From positions 10,338-74,337 of the forward strand of contig CAYPMW010000003.1 of the NCBI GenBank assembly GCA_964412165.1: a stretch of DNA of 64,000 nt. Direction: 5' to 3'. The translations under genes were made by a program, and so were the position numbers. Origin of the DNA: an uncultured Gammaproteobacteria bacterium (GTDB lineage Bacteria; Patescibacteriota; Microgenomatia; UBA10105). Shown piece after piece: positions 1 to 9,110 of the stretch. The stretch's first letter is position 1, and each line of letters opens with the position of its first letter. A model generated the notes under the pieces. That model was given only the letters and a program-made list of their open reading frames with translations, did no database searches and was not told the DNA's origin.

Positions 1-257
1 ACATCTACTTTGCCGGAGGATTCTGCGGAACGGGCTTTAAATTTGCGCCTATTGTCGGCAAAATTATGGCGGAACTGGTGTTTCGCAAACGAACAGTATA
101 TGACACCTCACGGTTCAGAGCGGACCGGTTCGGAAGTTTTACCAATTTGTCAGTAGTCAAATCGCTACCGATGTATACAAAATTTTTCGCTCCCAGAAAT
201 TGGAAATATGTGGCAACTGGTATCGGGGCGCTTGTAAAGCCGAAACTTTTGCCATGA
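1..257 (+). CDS. C-terminal part of an FAD-dependent oxidoreductase (sarcosine oxidase/DAO family); gene starts before the window
   Basis: The frame of ORF 66..257 is open back to base 3 and reads IYFAGGFCGTGFKFAPIVGKIMAELV, matching the DAO-family C-terminal GF(S)GxGFKFAPxxG motif. Confidence 0.8.
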   Translation, partial: IYFAGGFCGTGFKFAPIVGKIMAELVFRKRTVYDTSRFRADRFGSFTNLSVVKSLPMYTKFFAPRNWKYVATGIGALVKPKLLP

Positions 258-260
258 CTC

Positions 261-287
261 CTCCTCCCCTTAATTTAAAGGGAGGAA
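261..287 (+). terminator. GC-rich hairpin after the oxidoreductase stop codon (terminator or REP-like palindrome)
   Basis: CTCCTCCCCTTAATTTAAAGGGAGGA imperfect inverted repeat a few bases after the TGA; no clear U-tract. Confidence 0.35.
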
Positions 288-362
288 GGTTGTGGTAATA
301 CCTTAGCATTTCAATTATTCTTGTATTAATAAGTAAATATTGCTACGATAACAGGAGGATTT

Positions 363-1664
363 ATGATTCAAGCAAAAAAATTACCAGGATTTAGAGATTT
401 TTTCGCAGACGATATTCAGATTCGTGAGTTTGTGATAAATACGTTCAGAAGGATTTTTGAAAAATACGGCTACGAACCGCTTGAAACGCCGGCTTTGGAG
501 TATACGGAAATATTTTCCGGCGAAGTCGGTGAAGAAGCGGAAAAACTGTTTTTTACTTTTGTAGATAAAGGCGGCCGGAGCGTCATGCTCAAATATGAAG
601 TGATGATTTCAATGTGCCGCGCTGTAGCGGAAAATATCAACACTATTACTCTTCCCTACAAACGGTACCAGATCCAACCCGTATGGCGGGCGGAAAAACC
701 GCAGAAAGGACGCTTTAGAGAATTTACCCAGTGTGATGCGGACACTATCGGCAGCGATTCCATCATCGCCGATGCAGAATTTATCCAGATGGGTATTGAA
801 GCAATGGTAGAACTAGGTTTTGATAAATTCCGTGCAAATGTGAGTAACCGCAAGTTTTTAAACGGGTTGGTAATTTATGCTGGTGGTAGCCAAGAAAACT
901 TTATTCCTATTTGTCTGAGTATCGATAAGCTCCCTAAAATCGGACGCGATGACGTATTAAAGGAAATGGTAGATCAGAGGAAAATCTCCTCGTCTGCCGC
1001 GGAAAAAGTACTACGCATCATCACGACAACCGGCAGTACAGAGGAACTAATTAGCCGTTTTAAGGAAGAAATGAAAAACGTGCCTATTGCGATTGAGGGA
1101 CTTAGAGAACTTGAACAAATTTTCGCATATTTACGGCTGATAAAAGTTAATGAAGGCGCTTACAGGTTCGCGCCTTATATCGCCAGAGGTCTCGCCTACT
1201 ATACTGGTCCGATTTGGGAATTTGAAATTCTTGAAGGCAGTGTAGGATCAGTTGCAGGGTGTGGTCGGTATGATAATACGATTGGTAGATTTCTCGCAAG
1301 ACCCATCGGGGCGACCGGCGGATCGTTTGGAATCGAGCGGTTGGTGGAAGTCATCAAAGACAGAAAAATGTTGAATATAAATACTACTAAAACCCAAGTA
1401 TTGGTGACGATTTTTAATCCCCAGCTTTTAAATAATTCCATTGAAATCGCTCATGAGTTACGAAAAGCCGGAATTCGTACCATGCTTTATTCAGATGCAG
1501 TCAGACTTGATAAACAACTGAAATATGCTGACCGCAAAGGCATTCCCTTTGTGGTGATTGTTGGGCCTGAAGAAGCGGAAAAAGGTTTGGTAAAGCTGAA
1601 GAACATGAAAGCCAGAAGCGAAGAAACAATCAAACAGGCAGACCTAGTAGATAAGCTGAGATAA
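363..1664 (+). CDS. hisS: Histidine--tRNA ligase
   Basis: PGFRDF N-terminus, motif 2 WRAEKPQKGRFREFTQCDAD, RGLAYYTG, GRYD, C-terminal anticodon-binding domain; AGGAGG SD upstream. Confidence 0.97.
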   Translation: MIQAKKLPGFRDFFADDIQIREFVINTFRRIFEKYGYEPLETPALEYTEIFSGEVGEEAEKLFFTFVDKGGRSVMLKYEVMISMCRAVAENINTITLPYKRYQIQPVWRAEKPQKGRFREFTQCDADTIGSDSIIADAEFIQMGIEAMVELGFDKFRANVSNRKFLNGLVIYAGGSQENFIPICLSIDKLPKIGRDDVLKEMVDQRKISSSAAEKVLRIITTTGSTEELISRFKEEMKNVPIAIEGLRELEQIFAYLRLIKVNEGAYRFAPYIARGLAYYTGPIWEFEILEGSVGSVAGCGRYDNTIGRFLARPIGATGGSFGIERLVEVIKDRKMLNINTTKTQVLVTIFNPQLLNNSIEIAHELRKAGIRTMLYSDAVRLDKQLKYADRKGIPFVVIVGPEEAEKGLVKLKNMKARSEETIKQADLVDKLR

Positions 1665-1795
1665 TTGCCAAATCCAAAGTACAAAATCCCAGTAAATTTA
1701 AAACATATAATTTCTAACTACACATTTCAAATTTGGATAATTTTATATAGAATATTAATTGCGACTTTCGCTATTCTGATTTCAAATTTAATCTA

Positions 1796-2719
1796 ATGCT
1801 TGCCCGATTAACTCTCAAACAAAAAGCAGTTTTAGCGCTGATAGTAGCTAATACTATCTGGGGTGCTGCCTCGCCTATTTTTAAATGGGCACTCGAGAAC
1901 ATACCCCTGTTTACCCTGGCCTATTTCCGTTTTTTTATCGCATGCTTACTTGTATTTCCGCTGGCGATTAATAAAAATAGTCATCTGCAGAGATCCGATA
2001 TACTTTCCCTCATTACGCTTGCTCTTTTGGGGATTACGATAAATATCACGTTTTTCTTTTTGGGTCTCAAGCATGCTCCTTCAATCAACGCACCGATCAT
2101 TGCCTCGGCTGGACCGGTATTTCTTATTCTGGCTTCGATGCTATTTTTGAAAGAACACCCGAGGTCCAAGACAGTGACGGGGACACTCATTAGTCTCGTG
2201 GGAGTATTTATTATCATTAGTCGACCACTTATCGAATCCGGGTTTGACTACGGAGCCTTTGCCGGTAATTTGTATTTTGTCCTCGCCACACTGGGAGCTG
2301 TGGGGCATGCGGTGATTTCTAAAAAGCTTCTTGCTCGCTACGATGCGCTTGAGCTTACGTTTTGGTCATTTCTCATAGGTGCTGTGTCATTTTTCCCTTT
2401 TTTCGTATATGAGACATTACACGTCAATTGGCTTGTGACTCTTGATATCCGAGGCATCACCGGACTTGTTTTTGGGATACTTTTTTCGTCAACAATTGCC
2501 TATTTTCTTTACAGCTGGGCGATAAAAGTACTACCTGCATCAGAGATCGGCGTATTTACCTATATTGATCCGGTGATCGCTACAGTCATTGCCATTCCGC
2601 TTCTGGGCGAAGTCATAACTCCGCTGTTTATCCTAGGATCGTTTTTTGTATTTGCGGGCATAGTTGTAGCCGAAGGCCGCCTCCAATATCACCCGCTTCA
2701 CAAACTTAAAACTACTTGA
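1796..2719 (+). CDS. DMT/EamA family transporter
   Basis: 307 aa, about 10 hydrophobic helices, two EamA-like repeats (IWG...; LLGEVIT). Confidence 0.9.
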   Translation: MLARLTLKQKAVLALIVANTIWGAASPIFKWALENIPLFTLAYFRFFIACLLVFPLAINKNSHLQRSDILSLITLALLGITINITFFFLGLKHAPSINAPIIASAGPVFLILASMLFLKEHPRSKTVTGTLISLVGVFIIISRPLIESGFDYGAFAGNLYFVLATLGAVGHAVISKKLLARYDALELTFWSFLIGAVSFFPFFVYETLHVNWLVTLDIRGITGLVFGILFSSTIAYFLYSWAIKVLPASEIGVFTYIDPVIATVIAIPLLGEVITPLFILGSFFVFAGIVVAEGRLQYHPLHKLKTT

Positions 2720-2747
2720 ATACCATCGTCATGGTATACTACATACT

Positions 2748-3086
2748 ATGATTGGTTTACTGTGGCGCTGGTTTTTAAATGCGTTGTTACTTTTCGTCGT
2801 TGCCAAAATCCTGCCCGGATTTGAGTTAAAAGATTTCAGCTCAGCGCTTTTGGCAGTAGTGGTTATTGGACTGGTTAATACACTGGTCAAACCAATTCTC
2901 GTTGTTCTGACAATTCCAATTAATCTTGTGACGCTGGGTTTGTTTACATTTGTAGTGAACGCGCTTATGCTACTTCTGGCAAGTAGCATTACTCCCGGTT
3001 TTAAGATACATGGGTTGGGATCTGCATTGGTCGGTTCAATCTTTTTATCACTTGTTTCTTCCTTGCTGCATGAATTAGTAACATAA
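2748..3086 (+). CDS. Phage holin family 4-TM membrane protein (YvlD-like)
   Basis: GLVNTLVKPILVVLTIPINLVTLGLFTFVVNA signature. Confidence 0.88.
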   Translation: MIGLLWRWFLNALLLFVVAKILPGFELKDFSSALLAVVVIGLVNTLVKPILVVLTIPINLVTLGLFTFVVNALMLLLASSITPGFKIHGLGSALVGSIFLSLVSSLLHELVT

Positions 3087-3088
3087 GT

Positions 3089-3352
3089 ATGAGCGAGTAT
3101 TTAAAACCTGATTTTGAAGAATTTTTTGATCATTTAGAAGATTTGAATAGGAAGCACAACCCTATTACTTGTAGTCTTCCCGCGCATATTAAAATAAGGG
3201 ATATACATGGACATTTTCATTGTGGGCCAGGTGGATACCGACCAACAGATGGTAAAGGCTATGTTTTTATTTTACAAGGTAGAAGGACTATTGGGCGTAT
3301 CGAAGGCGATTTCATAAGTGCCAATACTCCACTTGAGAACACTGTCAAATAA
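3089..3352 (+). CDS. Hypothetical protein
   Basis: 87-aa ORF tightly packed between the holin-family gene and rpmE; no recognisable motif. Confidence 0.55.
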   Translation: MSEYLKPDFEEFFDHLEDLNRKHNPITCSLPAHIKIRDIHGHFHCGPGGYRPTDGKGYVFILQGRRTIGRIEGDFISANTPLENTVK

Positions 3353-3379
3353 TGAATATAAGTGATATAATACTCATTT

Positions 3380-3688
3380 ATGAAAGCTAATATTCACCCT
3401 ACTTGGTATCAGGATGCGCTTATCACCTGTGCGTGTGGCAATACCTTTAAAATCGGTTCAACCAGAGAGGAAATTCGGGTAGAAATCTGCAGCCGCTGCC
3501 ATCCGTACTTTACCGGTGAAATGCGTTTCGCCGATACAGTAGGTAAAGTTGACCGTTTTCGCAAGCAGATTGAAGTAGCAAAACAAAAAGCACCAGCCCT
3601 AGCCAAGAAAAGGGCTAAGAAAAAAGGCAGACCTCATGCCGAAGATACAGAACCCAAATCCCTCAAAGAGATGCTCTTGGGAGCGTAA
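3380..3688 (+). CDS. rpmE: 50S ribosomal protein L31 (zinc-binding type) with basic C-terminal extension
   Basis: MKANIHP..., CACG and CSRCHPYFTG motifs. Confidence 0.96.
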   Translation: MKANIHPTWYQDALITCACGNTFKIGSTREEIRVEICSRCHPYFTGEMRFADTVGKVDRFRKQIEVAKQKAPALAKKRAKKKGRPHAEDTEPKSLKEMLLGA

Positions 3689-3786
3689 AATAAATTACAC
3701 ATTCAAAGTCAAAAAATCAAAAACAGGTAATTTTTTCTGGTAGTGCATTTAGATTTGATCTTTGTTTTTTTTGTTTTTAGATTTAT

Positions 3787-4482
3787 ATGAATAATGATGT
3801 GGCTATTTTAGAATTCCGTCCAGGTCCGGGCGGCCTCGAAGCCAAACTCTGGGCAATTGACCTGATGCGGATGTATGTCCGGTATGCTAATTTGTCTGGA
3901 TGGAAGGTAGAACAACTGAATGAAAATACCATCCGCATTAGAGGTCATGATGCATTTACCAAACTCCAATATGAAGCCGGAACTCACCGGGTACAAAGGA
4001 TTCCCACTACCGAACGATCTGGTCGAATCCATACGTCAACTGCCACCGTGGCGGTACTTCCTGATATTCCCGAGGCACAAGTCACTATCCGGCCTGAGGA
4101 CCTCGTGTGGGAATTTTTTCGCTCCGGCAGCAAAGGTGGACAAAACGTCAATAAAGTCTCGTCAGCTGTTCGAGTCCGGCACAAACCTTCAAATATCGTC
4201 GTCTCAGCCCAAGCTGAACGAGATCAACACCAAAATCGTCAAATAGCGCTGTCTATGCTTCGAGCCAGGCTTTGGGAGCAAGAGGAATTGAAACGCAGTC
4301 AAACCATGGGTGATGCCCGATCAGTGATAGGCAGAGGCATGCGAGCAGAAAAGATAAGAACGTACAACTTCCCCCAAGATCGGGTCACGGATCATCGGGT
4401 CGGTAAATCGTGGGCGAAACTTGAGGATATCCTTGATGGAAAACTAAATAAAGTGATGGACACGCTTCTCAAACAAAGCTAA
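3787..4482 (+). CDS. prfA: Peptide chain release factor 1, N-terminally short (domains 2-4 only)
   Basis: LEFRPGPGGLEA, EAGTHRVQRIPTTE (PxT motif of RF1), GGQ motif in GSKGGQNVNK, EKIRTYNFPQDRVTDHR; follows rpmE as prfA usually does. Confidence 0.88.
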   Translation: MNNDVAILEFRPGPGGLEAKLWAIDLMRMYVRYANLSGWKVEQLNENTIRIRGHDAFTKLQYEAGTHRVQRIPTTERSGRIHTSTATVAVLPDIPEAQVTIRPEDLVWEFFRSGSKGGQNVNKVSSAVRVRHKPSNIVVSAQAERDQHQNRQIALSMLRARLWEQEELKRSQTMGDARSVIGRGMRAEKIRTYNFPQDRVTDHRVGKSWAKLEDILDGKLNKVMDTLLKQS

Positions 4483-4517
4483 AATCTCACCCCACTCCTC
4501 ACGGAATTTAAAACAAT

Positions 4518-5687
4518 TTATTGCGTCGATTCAACCAATGTGACGTTGATGGTTTGTTCTTTGCCATCTCTCCAGTAGGTCACGCTGACCGTCTCGCCAA
4601 CTTTTTTTTGAGAGATGATTGTGGCAATCTCTCCATCCTGCCCAATGATTCGCTGGTTGTTGATGTTTATGATAATATCTCCCCTTTTAAGTCCGGATTT
4701 TTCTGCAGGGCTACCTGATACGACTTCAACAATATACGCCCCTTCGGGTACGTCATTAAGAAGCGCCAGTTTTTTATCAATTGATTTATATTTTATGCCT
4801 AAAAATGGCCTGGAGAATTGACCGGTTTGGTTAAAATTCTCAAGCGCGTCTTTGACCACATTAATGGGGATAGCAAATCCGATATTTTGGCCAGATGAGG
4901 CAATTGCCGTATTGACCCCGATCACTTGACCACCGCTGCCTAAAAGCGGACCCCCGGAATTGCCAGGATTAATGGCTGCATCGGTCTGAATAACATTATC
5001 AAGGCGTTCTACAAACCCTTCAAATGGGCTGCCTGTGGTGATACCCCTGCCGAGACCCGATATCACTCCCGTCGTCACAGTGTGCCGGAACTCTCCCAGA
5101 GCTGTGCCAATGGCAACCACAAATTGTCCGACTTTAAGTTTAGATGAATCACCCATAGTCACGGGTTGAAGATCGCTCGCACTGATTTTAATAATCGCCA
5201 GATCATTGGTCGGATCACGATAAATTTTTTCGACTGTGTACTCCTGATCGTCTTTTGTAATTACCCGGTATTTGGCATTCGTGTCCGCCACGACGTGTTT
5301 ATTTGTCACGATGAGCCCATCTTTTGATACTACAAAACCGCTACCGATGTCTTGCTCGATCCGTTCTTCCTGTCCCTGCCCGCGAAAAATATTAAAGGGG
5401 TCAAACGGATCAATTTCGTAAAACCGGTCTCTTCTCACTGTGGAAATACCGACCGTGACTACTGACGGCGATACTCGCTCCACGACATCAATCACCAAGT
5501 TCTCCTCCTTTAGGATGGTAATGTTTTCTTCACTTACCTGGGGACTGGGTTGGTTGGGTGAAGGGATGCGGATATTTTTGAATACATCGTTCCAACCGAT
5601 ACCGAATGACCCGACAGAGATACCTAAAATAATTAAAATAGCGAGTGCAATGGTGATGATCACATTTCGTTTTAGTTTCATATACAC
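4518..5687 (-). CDS. htrA: HtrA/DegP-family serine protease with one PDZ domain
   Basis: N-terminal TM, GSGF, TNKHVV, DLAII, QTDAAINPGNSGGPL, C-terminal PDZ. Confidence 0.95.
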   Translation of the reverse strand: MYMKLKRNVIITIALAILIILGISVGSFGIGWNDVFKNIRIPSPNQPSPQVSEENITILKEENLVIDVVERVSPSVVTVGISTVRRDRFYEIDPFDPFNIFRGQGQEERIEQDIGSGFVVSKDGLIVTNKHVVADTNAKYRVITKDDQEYTVEKIYRDPTNDLAIIKISASDLQPVTMGDSSKLKVGQFVVAIGTALGEFRHTVTTGVISGLGRGITTGSPFEGFVERLDNVIQTDAAINPGNSGGPLLGSGGQVIGVNTAIASSGQNIGFAIPINVVKDALENFNQTGQFSRPFLGIKYKSIDKKLALLNDVPEGAYIVEVVSGSPAEKSGLKRGDIIININNQRIIGQDGEIATIISQKKVGETVSVTYWRDGKEQTINVTLVESTQ

Positions 5688-5844
5688 ACTCCTTCTCCAG
5701 AATTATTGTAACTTCCTTATTAGAATTTGATAACTATCTTTCCATAGATATCTGAAATTTAGCTGAATTAAGTGACGAAAATAAATCAGCAACAAAGAGA
5801 TTTTCTGGAATACATTTTATATTGAATTCTATACGTCTAGTTAA

Positions 5845-7107
5845 CTATCTTCCCGAGAGTTCCACGATCGCCCGATCAAGCTGTGGATCTAATTCTCCCG
5901 AGTCAGTTGCCCTAGGTGATTTGACTTCAATATCTGGCGCAATCCCCTTCCCATTGATCCATGCACCTTTAGGCATCACCCAACGAGCAGTAGTAATATG
6001 AATGCCCGAACCATCGGGCAAATCCTCAGGAGACTGGATAGAACCCTTACCAAACGTTGTTTCTCCAACTAGTAGTGCCCGGCCATGATCCTTTAGTGCC
6101 CCTGCTACAATCTCTGAAGCTGACGCACTTCCTTTGTTTATGATTACTATGAGCGGAACATCCAGAAAACTACCGAGTCTGGTAACTGAAAAATTTTCTT
6201 TAGATCCATCATTATTTTCCTGACTGACGACATTTAAACCACTCCGTAAAAATTCACTTGAAATAAAAATAGCGCTTTGGAAATATCCACCTGGGTTATT
6301 ACGTAGATCAAGTATTACCCCTTTTAGCTCTTTCTTTGAAGAACTAGACTTAAGCACTCCTAACGCATCACTCCATTCATCGTTTGTTTGGTCTCCAAAC
6401 CGTGAAAGTTTGAGGTAGCCAATTTGTGGACAATTAGTACTACACCCGAGTACCGGCTTTAATTCAACTTCCACACTTTTGACTACAATCGTAGCCCGTG
6501 TGACTTTAATTTCCTGAGTCGATTGTTCCCCTTCATGGACTATCGTGAGTGTCACTTGAGTGCCTTTTGGACCACGAATTTTCGTCACTGCTTGCGGCAC
6601 CGTCCAGCCGAGCGTTTCTTCGCTGCCTACTTTTACAATCCAATCTCCAGCGCGAATACCGGCGCGTTCTGCCGGATGGGCTTTTAGAGGTGCAATCACG
6701 ACTATTTTTTCGTCTTTTGCTCCGAGCTGGGCTCCAATTCCTTCAAATGATCCCTCCAGATCTTTTTTGAATTCAGTGTTCTCCTGAGGCGGCAAAAAAA
6801 CAGTATATGGATCGCCGAGTGAAGACACCATCCCAGATATGGCGCCATAGACCATCTTTTGCGAATCAAGTTTTGATTTATCTAAGTATTTGGTTTCAAG
6901 TCTTTCCCAAACGTTCCAGAAAAGATTAAAATCAACTTCCTTTGCCGGTGGTGGAGATGAATGAACCACAATCCCTTGGTTTCGTGAAAGCGAAAACGTA
7001 GTACGCCTCATCCCAAGTTGATATCCGATGTAACCCGCGACGATAACGAGAATGGTTATCAAGGTAAGTATTCTGATGGTGCGTAAACTCATAGAGGTAT
7101 GTATCAA
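5845..7107 (-). CDS. ctpA: S41 carboxyl-terminal processing protease
   Basis: LGDPYT, FEGIGA (PDZ), DLRNNPGG, SASASEIVAGAL, TFGKGSIQ. Confidence 0.95.
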   Translation of the reverse strand: MIHTSMSLRTIRILTLITILVIVAGYIGYQLGMRRTTFSLSRNQGIVVHSSPPPAKEVDFNLFWNVWERLETKYLDKSKLDSQKMVYGAISGMVSSLGDPYTVFLPPQENTEFKKDLEGSFEGIGAQLGAKDEKIVVIAPLKAHPAERAGIRAGDWIVKVGSEETLGWTVPQAVTKIRGPKGTQVTLTIVHEGEQSTQEIKVTRATIVVKSVEVELKPVLGCSTNCPQIGYLKLSRFGDQTNDEWSDALGVLKSSSSKKELKGVILDLRNNPGGYFQSAIFISSEFLRSGLNVVSQENNDGSKENFSVTRLGSFLDVPLIVIINKGSASASEIVAGALKDHGRALLVGETTFGKGSIQSPEDLPDGSGIHITTARWVMPKGAWINGKGIAPDIEVKSPRATDSGELDPQLDRAIVELSGR

Positions 7108-7841
7108 ATCGTATCAATTACTAAAAGTTGTTTCTTGTCTCCATACACTATCACATTTTTATCTTCATAGCTTTTCATACTTTCCAAAGTTTCTATCAGA
7201 AGAAACGGCAGTGAAAACGGAGATTTTTCAAACGATTCAGCGACTATTGCAAGCACCCCCAGCGTATCAGCCTTGGCAATTATATCACTGCGCGCTTCTT
7301 TTAAAGCCAGAATTGTACTCTCCAAATCAGTCGGCAGGGTAAACATGGTGACACCTGTGACTATCCTCAACCTCCCACTCACCGGGTGACCTTTGCCGTC
7401 TTTGGCTACTATAAGTGTTCCCGTCACTTCAAAGACTATTTTTTCCTCAGTCACATCCAGTACTAGAGCATCAAACCAAGCTGTTACCTCTTCACCAGTA
7501 TCAATCCGTTCTATCCCTACTACGGCCTTGTCTCTATCGACGATGATAAATTTTCCGTCAACAGGAGACCTAATGCTTACAGTTTTCAAAAGGCCTTTTT
7601 TAATAGCCAGAATGTCATTTTTAGAAATTTTGTCCGTTTCTTTTGGTTTAAGATAATTCCAGGCTTTCTGGGCTGATACACCAAGAAGTTTGGCAATGTT
7701 AAATTCATCAATTTCCCGATGGGTCGCCTCTACCACCCGGTCTCCCTTCTTCACCACGTCTCCCTTTTTGACAAGTGGTACATCGCCGGGAATCAATCGT
7801 AAATTGAGGTGGGCTTTTTTTTGCATGTGGCAGTACTTCAA
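7104..7841 (-). CDS. Hypothetical protein with barrel-sandwich-hybrid-like motifs
   Basis: LVKKGDVVKKGD and IRSPVDG half-barrel motifs; overlaps rpsR and ctpA by 4 nt, suggesting translational coupling. Confidence 0.7.
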   Translation of the reverse strand: MKYCHMQKKAHLNLRLIPGDVPLVKKGDVVKKGDRVVEATHREIDEFNIAKLLGVSAQKAWNYLKPKETDKISKNDILAIKKGLLKTVSIRSPVDGKFIIVDRDKAVVGIERIDTGEEVTAWFDALVLDVTEEKIVFEVTGTLIVAKDGKGHPVSGRLRIVTGVTMFTLPTDLESTILALKEARSDIIAKADTLGVLAIVAESFEKSPFSLPFLLIETLESMKSYEDKNVIVYGDKKQLLVIDTI

Positions 7842-8071
7842 CTCCTATTAATAAACGGTAATAGTCCTAGAAAACGCGCCCTTTTTATCTCAAGAGCAAT
7901 TTTTCTCTGGTGTTTGCTGCAGATACCTGTCCGTTGATGGGATAGTATTTTACCGCGCTCTGAAACGAATCGTCTGAGCGTTTCCAGGTCATGGAAATCA
8001 GGTTCCTTAGTTTCATTGCAAAATATGCAATTTCTTGGTACTGGTCTAAGGCGAATTTTTCGAAGCACCAT
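7838..8071 (-). CDS. rpsR: 30S ribosomal protein S18 (zinc-binding type)
   Basis: CIFC, FVSERGKI, TGICSKHQR, IKRARFLGLLPF. Confidence 0.97.
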   Translation of the reverse strand: MVLRKIRLRPVPRNCIFCNETKEPDFHDLETLRRFVSERGKILSHQRTGICSKHQRKIALEIKRARFLGLLPFINRS

Positions 8072-8080
8072 ATATACTCC

Positions 8081-8605
8081 TCAAAATGGTATATCATCCG
8101 GATTGATCTCTTCTTTGGTTGCCGTTTCCTTTACTTGTGGTGTATCATCAGTTTGAGAAGTATTTGATTGAGGTGAAGGCGCTGCCGCGGCAGGTGTTTG
8201 TACCCGAACAGGTTGGGCTCGATGAATATTGGCTTCATGCGTGCCTACACTATCACTTTCACTTCTACGCAACGATTCAAGTACGATCATATCGTCAATC
8301 ACGACTTCTGTAGTTTGGCGTTGTTGACCATCTTGGGTTTGCCACGACCGTGTTTGGAGCCTACCTTCAACAAAAACCTTCCTACCTTTGACGAGCAACT
8401 GACTGCAAAGTTCCGCGAGCTTATTCCAGGAAACGATCCGATGAAATTCCGTTTCCTCTTTTTTCTCACCACTTTCGGTCGTCCATGACCTATTGGTAGC
8501 CAACCCAAACGAGCACACTGCGGTACCCGCAGGGGTATACCTAAGTTCTGGATCCCGAGTTAAATTTCCAATCAGCATAACTTTATTCAGTGAGCGTACC
8601 GACAT
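8081..8605 (-). CDS. ssb: Single-stranded DNA-binding protein
   Basis: NKVMLIGNLTRDPELRYT, VEGRLQTRSW, C-terminal DDIPF; lies in the rpsF-ssb-rpsR operon. Confidence 0.97.
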   Translation of the reverse strand: MSVRSLNKVMLIGNLTRDPELRYTPAGTAVCSFGLATNRSWTTESGEKKEETEFHRIVSWNKLAELCSQLLVKGRKVFVEGRLQTRSWQTQDGQQRQTTEVVIDDMIVLESLRRSESDSVGTHEANIHRAQPVRVQTPAAAAPSPQSNTSQTDDTPQVKETATKEEINPDDIPF

Positions 8606-8704
8606 AATTTTAGAAGAATGACTAATTGACCTAATTAATCTAATGTCTAAGCAATTATATATTTTTTAATTGATTAGGTTAATTAGAAATTAGGAATTAG
8701 AAAT

Positions 8705-8989
8705 TTATTGCTTCTCCTCCTTTTGTTTAACAACTAGAATCCGCACTATCTCTGATTCAAGTTTTAATTTAGCGTAAAGCACATTCGGATTTTTTCCCGT
8801 GGTGTCAAGATAAAATGACGCTATAGAGCCTTCCATTAGCTTATTGATTGGATAAGCGAGGGGCTTTTTCCCCCACCAGGAAACGTTAGAAACAGTAAAC
8901 CCCTCTTTTTCAAGAAGGGTTGTAAGTTTCTCCTGGTAAGACTGTTCGTTTGTGTCAGGCTTAACGACTACAACCATTTCATACTGCAT
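8705..8989 (-). CDS. rpsF: 30S ribosomal protein S6
   Basis: MQYEMVVVVKPD...WGKKPLAYPINK; start moved to ATG at 8989. Confidence 0.93.
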   Translation of the reverse strand: MQYEMVVVVKPDTNEQSYQEKLTTLLEKEGFTVSNVSWWGKKPLAYPINKLMEGSIASFYLDTTGKNPNVLYAKLKLESEIVRILVVKQKEEKQ

Positions 8990-9110
8990 AAGGCTTGAGA
9001 GGATTGTAACACAATTCGCTAAATTCGCCAAGATATAACATTCCTTTCTTCGGTCACCTATTGATTATTCAAGTCTTCATGCCTACTATATTGGGAGGGA
9101 CAGATAAAAA

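Noticed and set aside
2748-3086. Prophage lysis module
   Set aside because: This holin-family protein is a common chromosomal YvlD-type gene; no phage genes are nearby.
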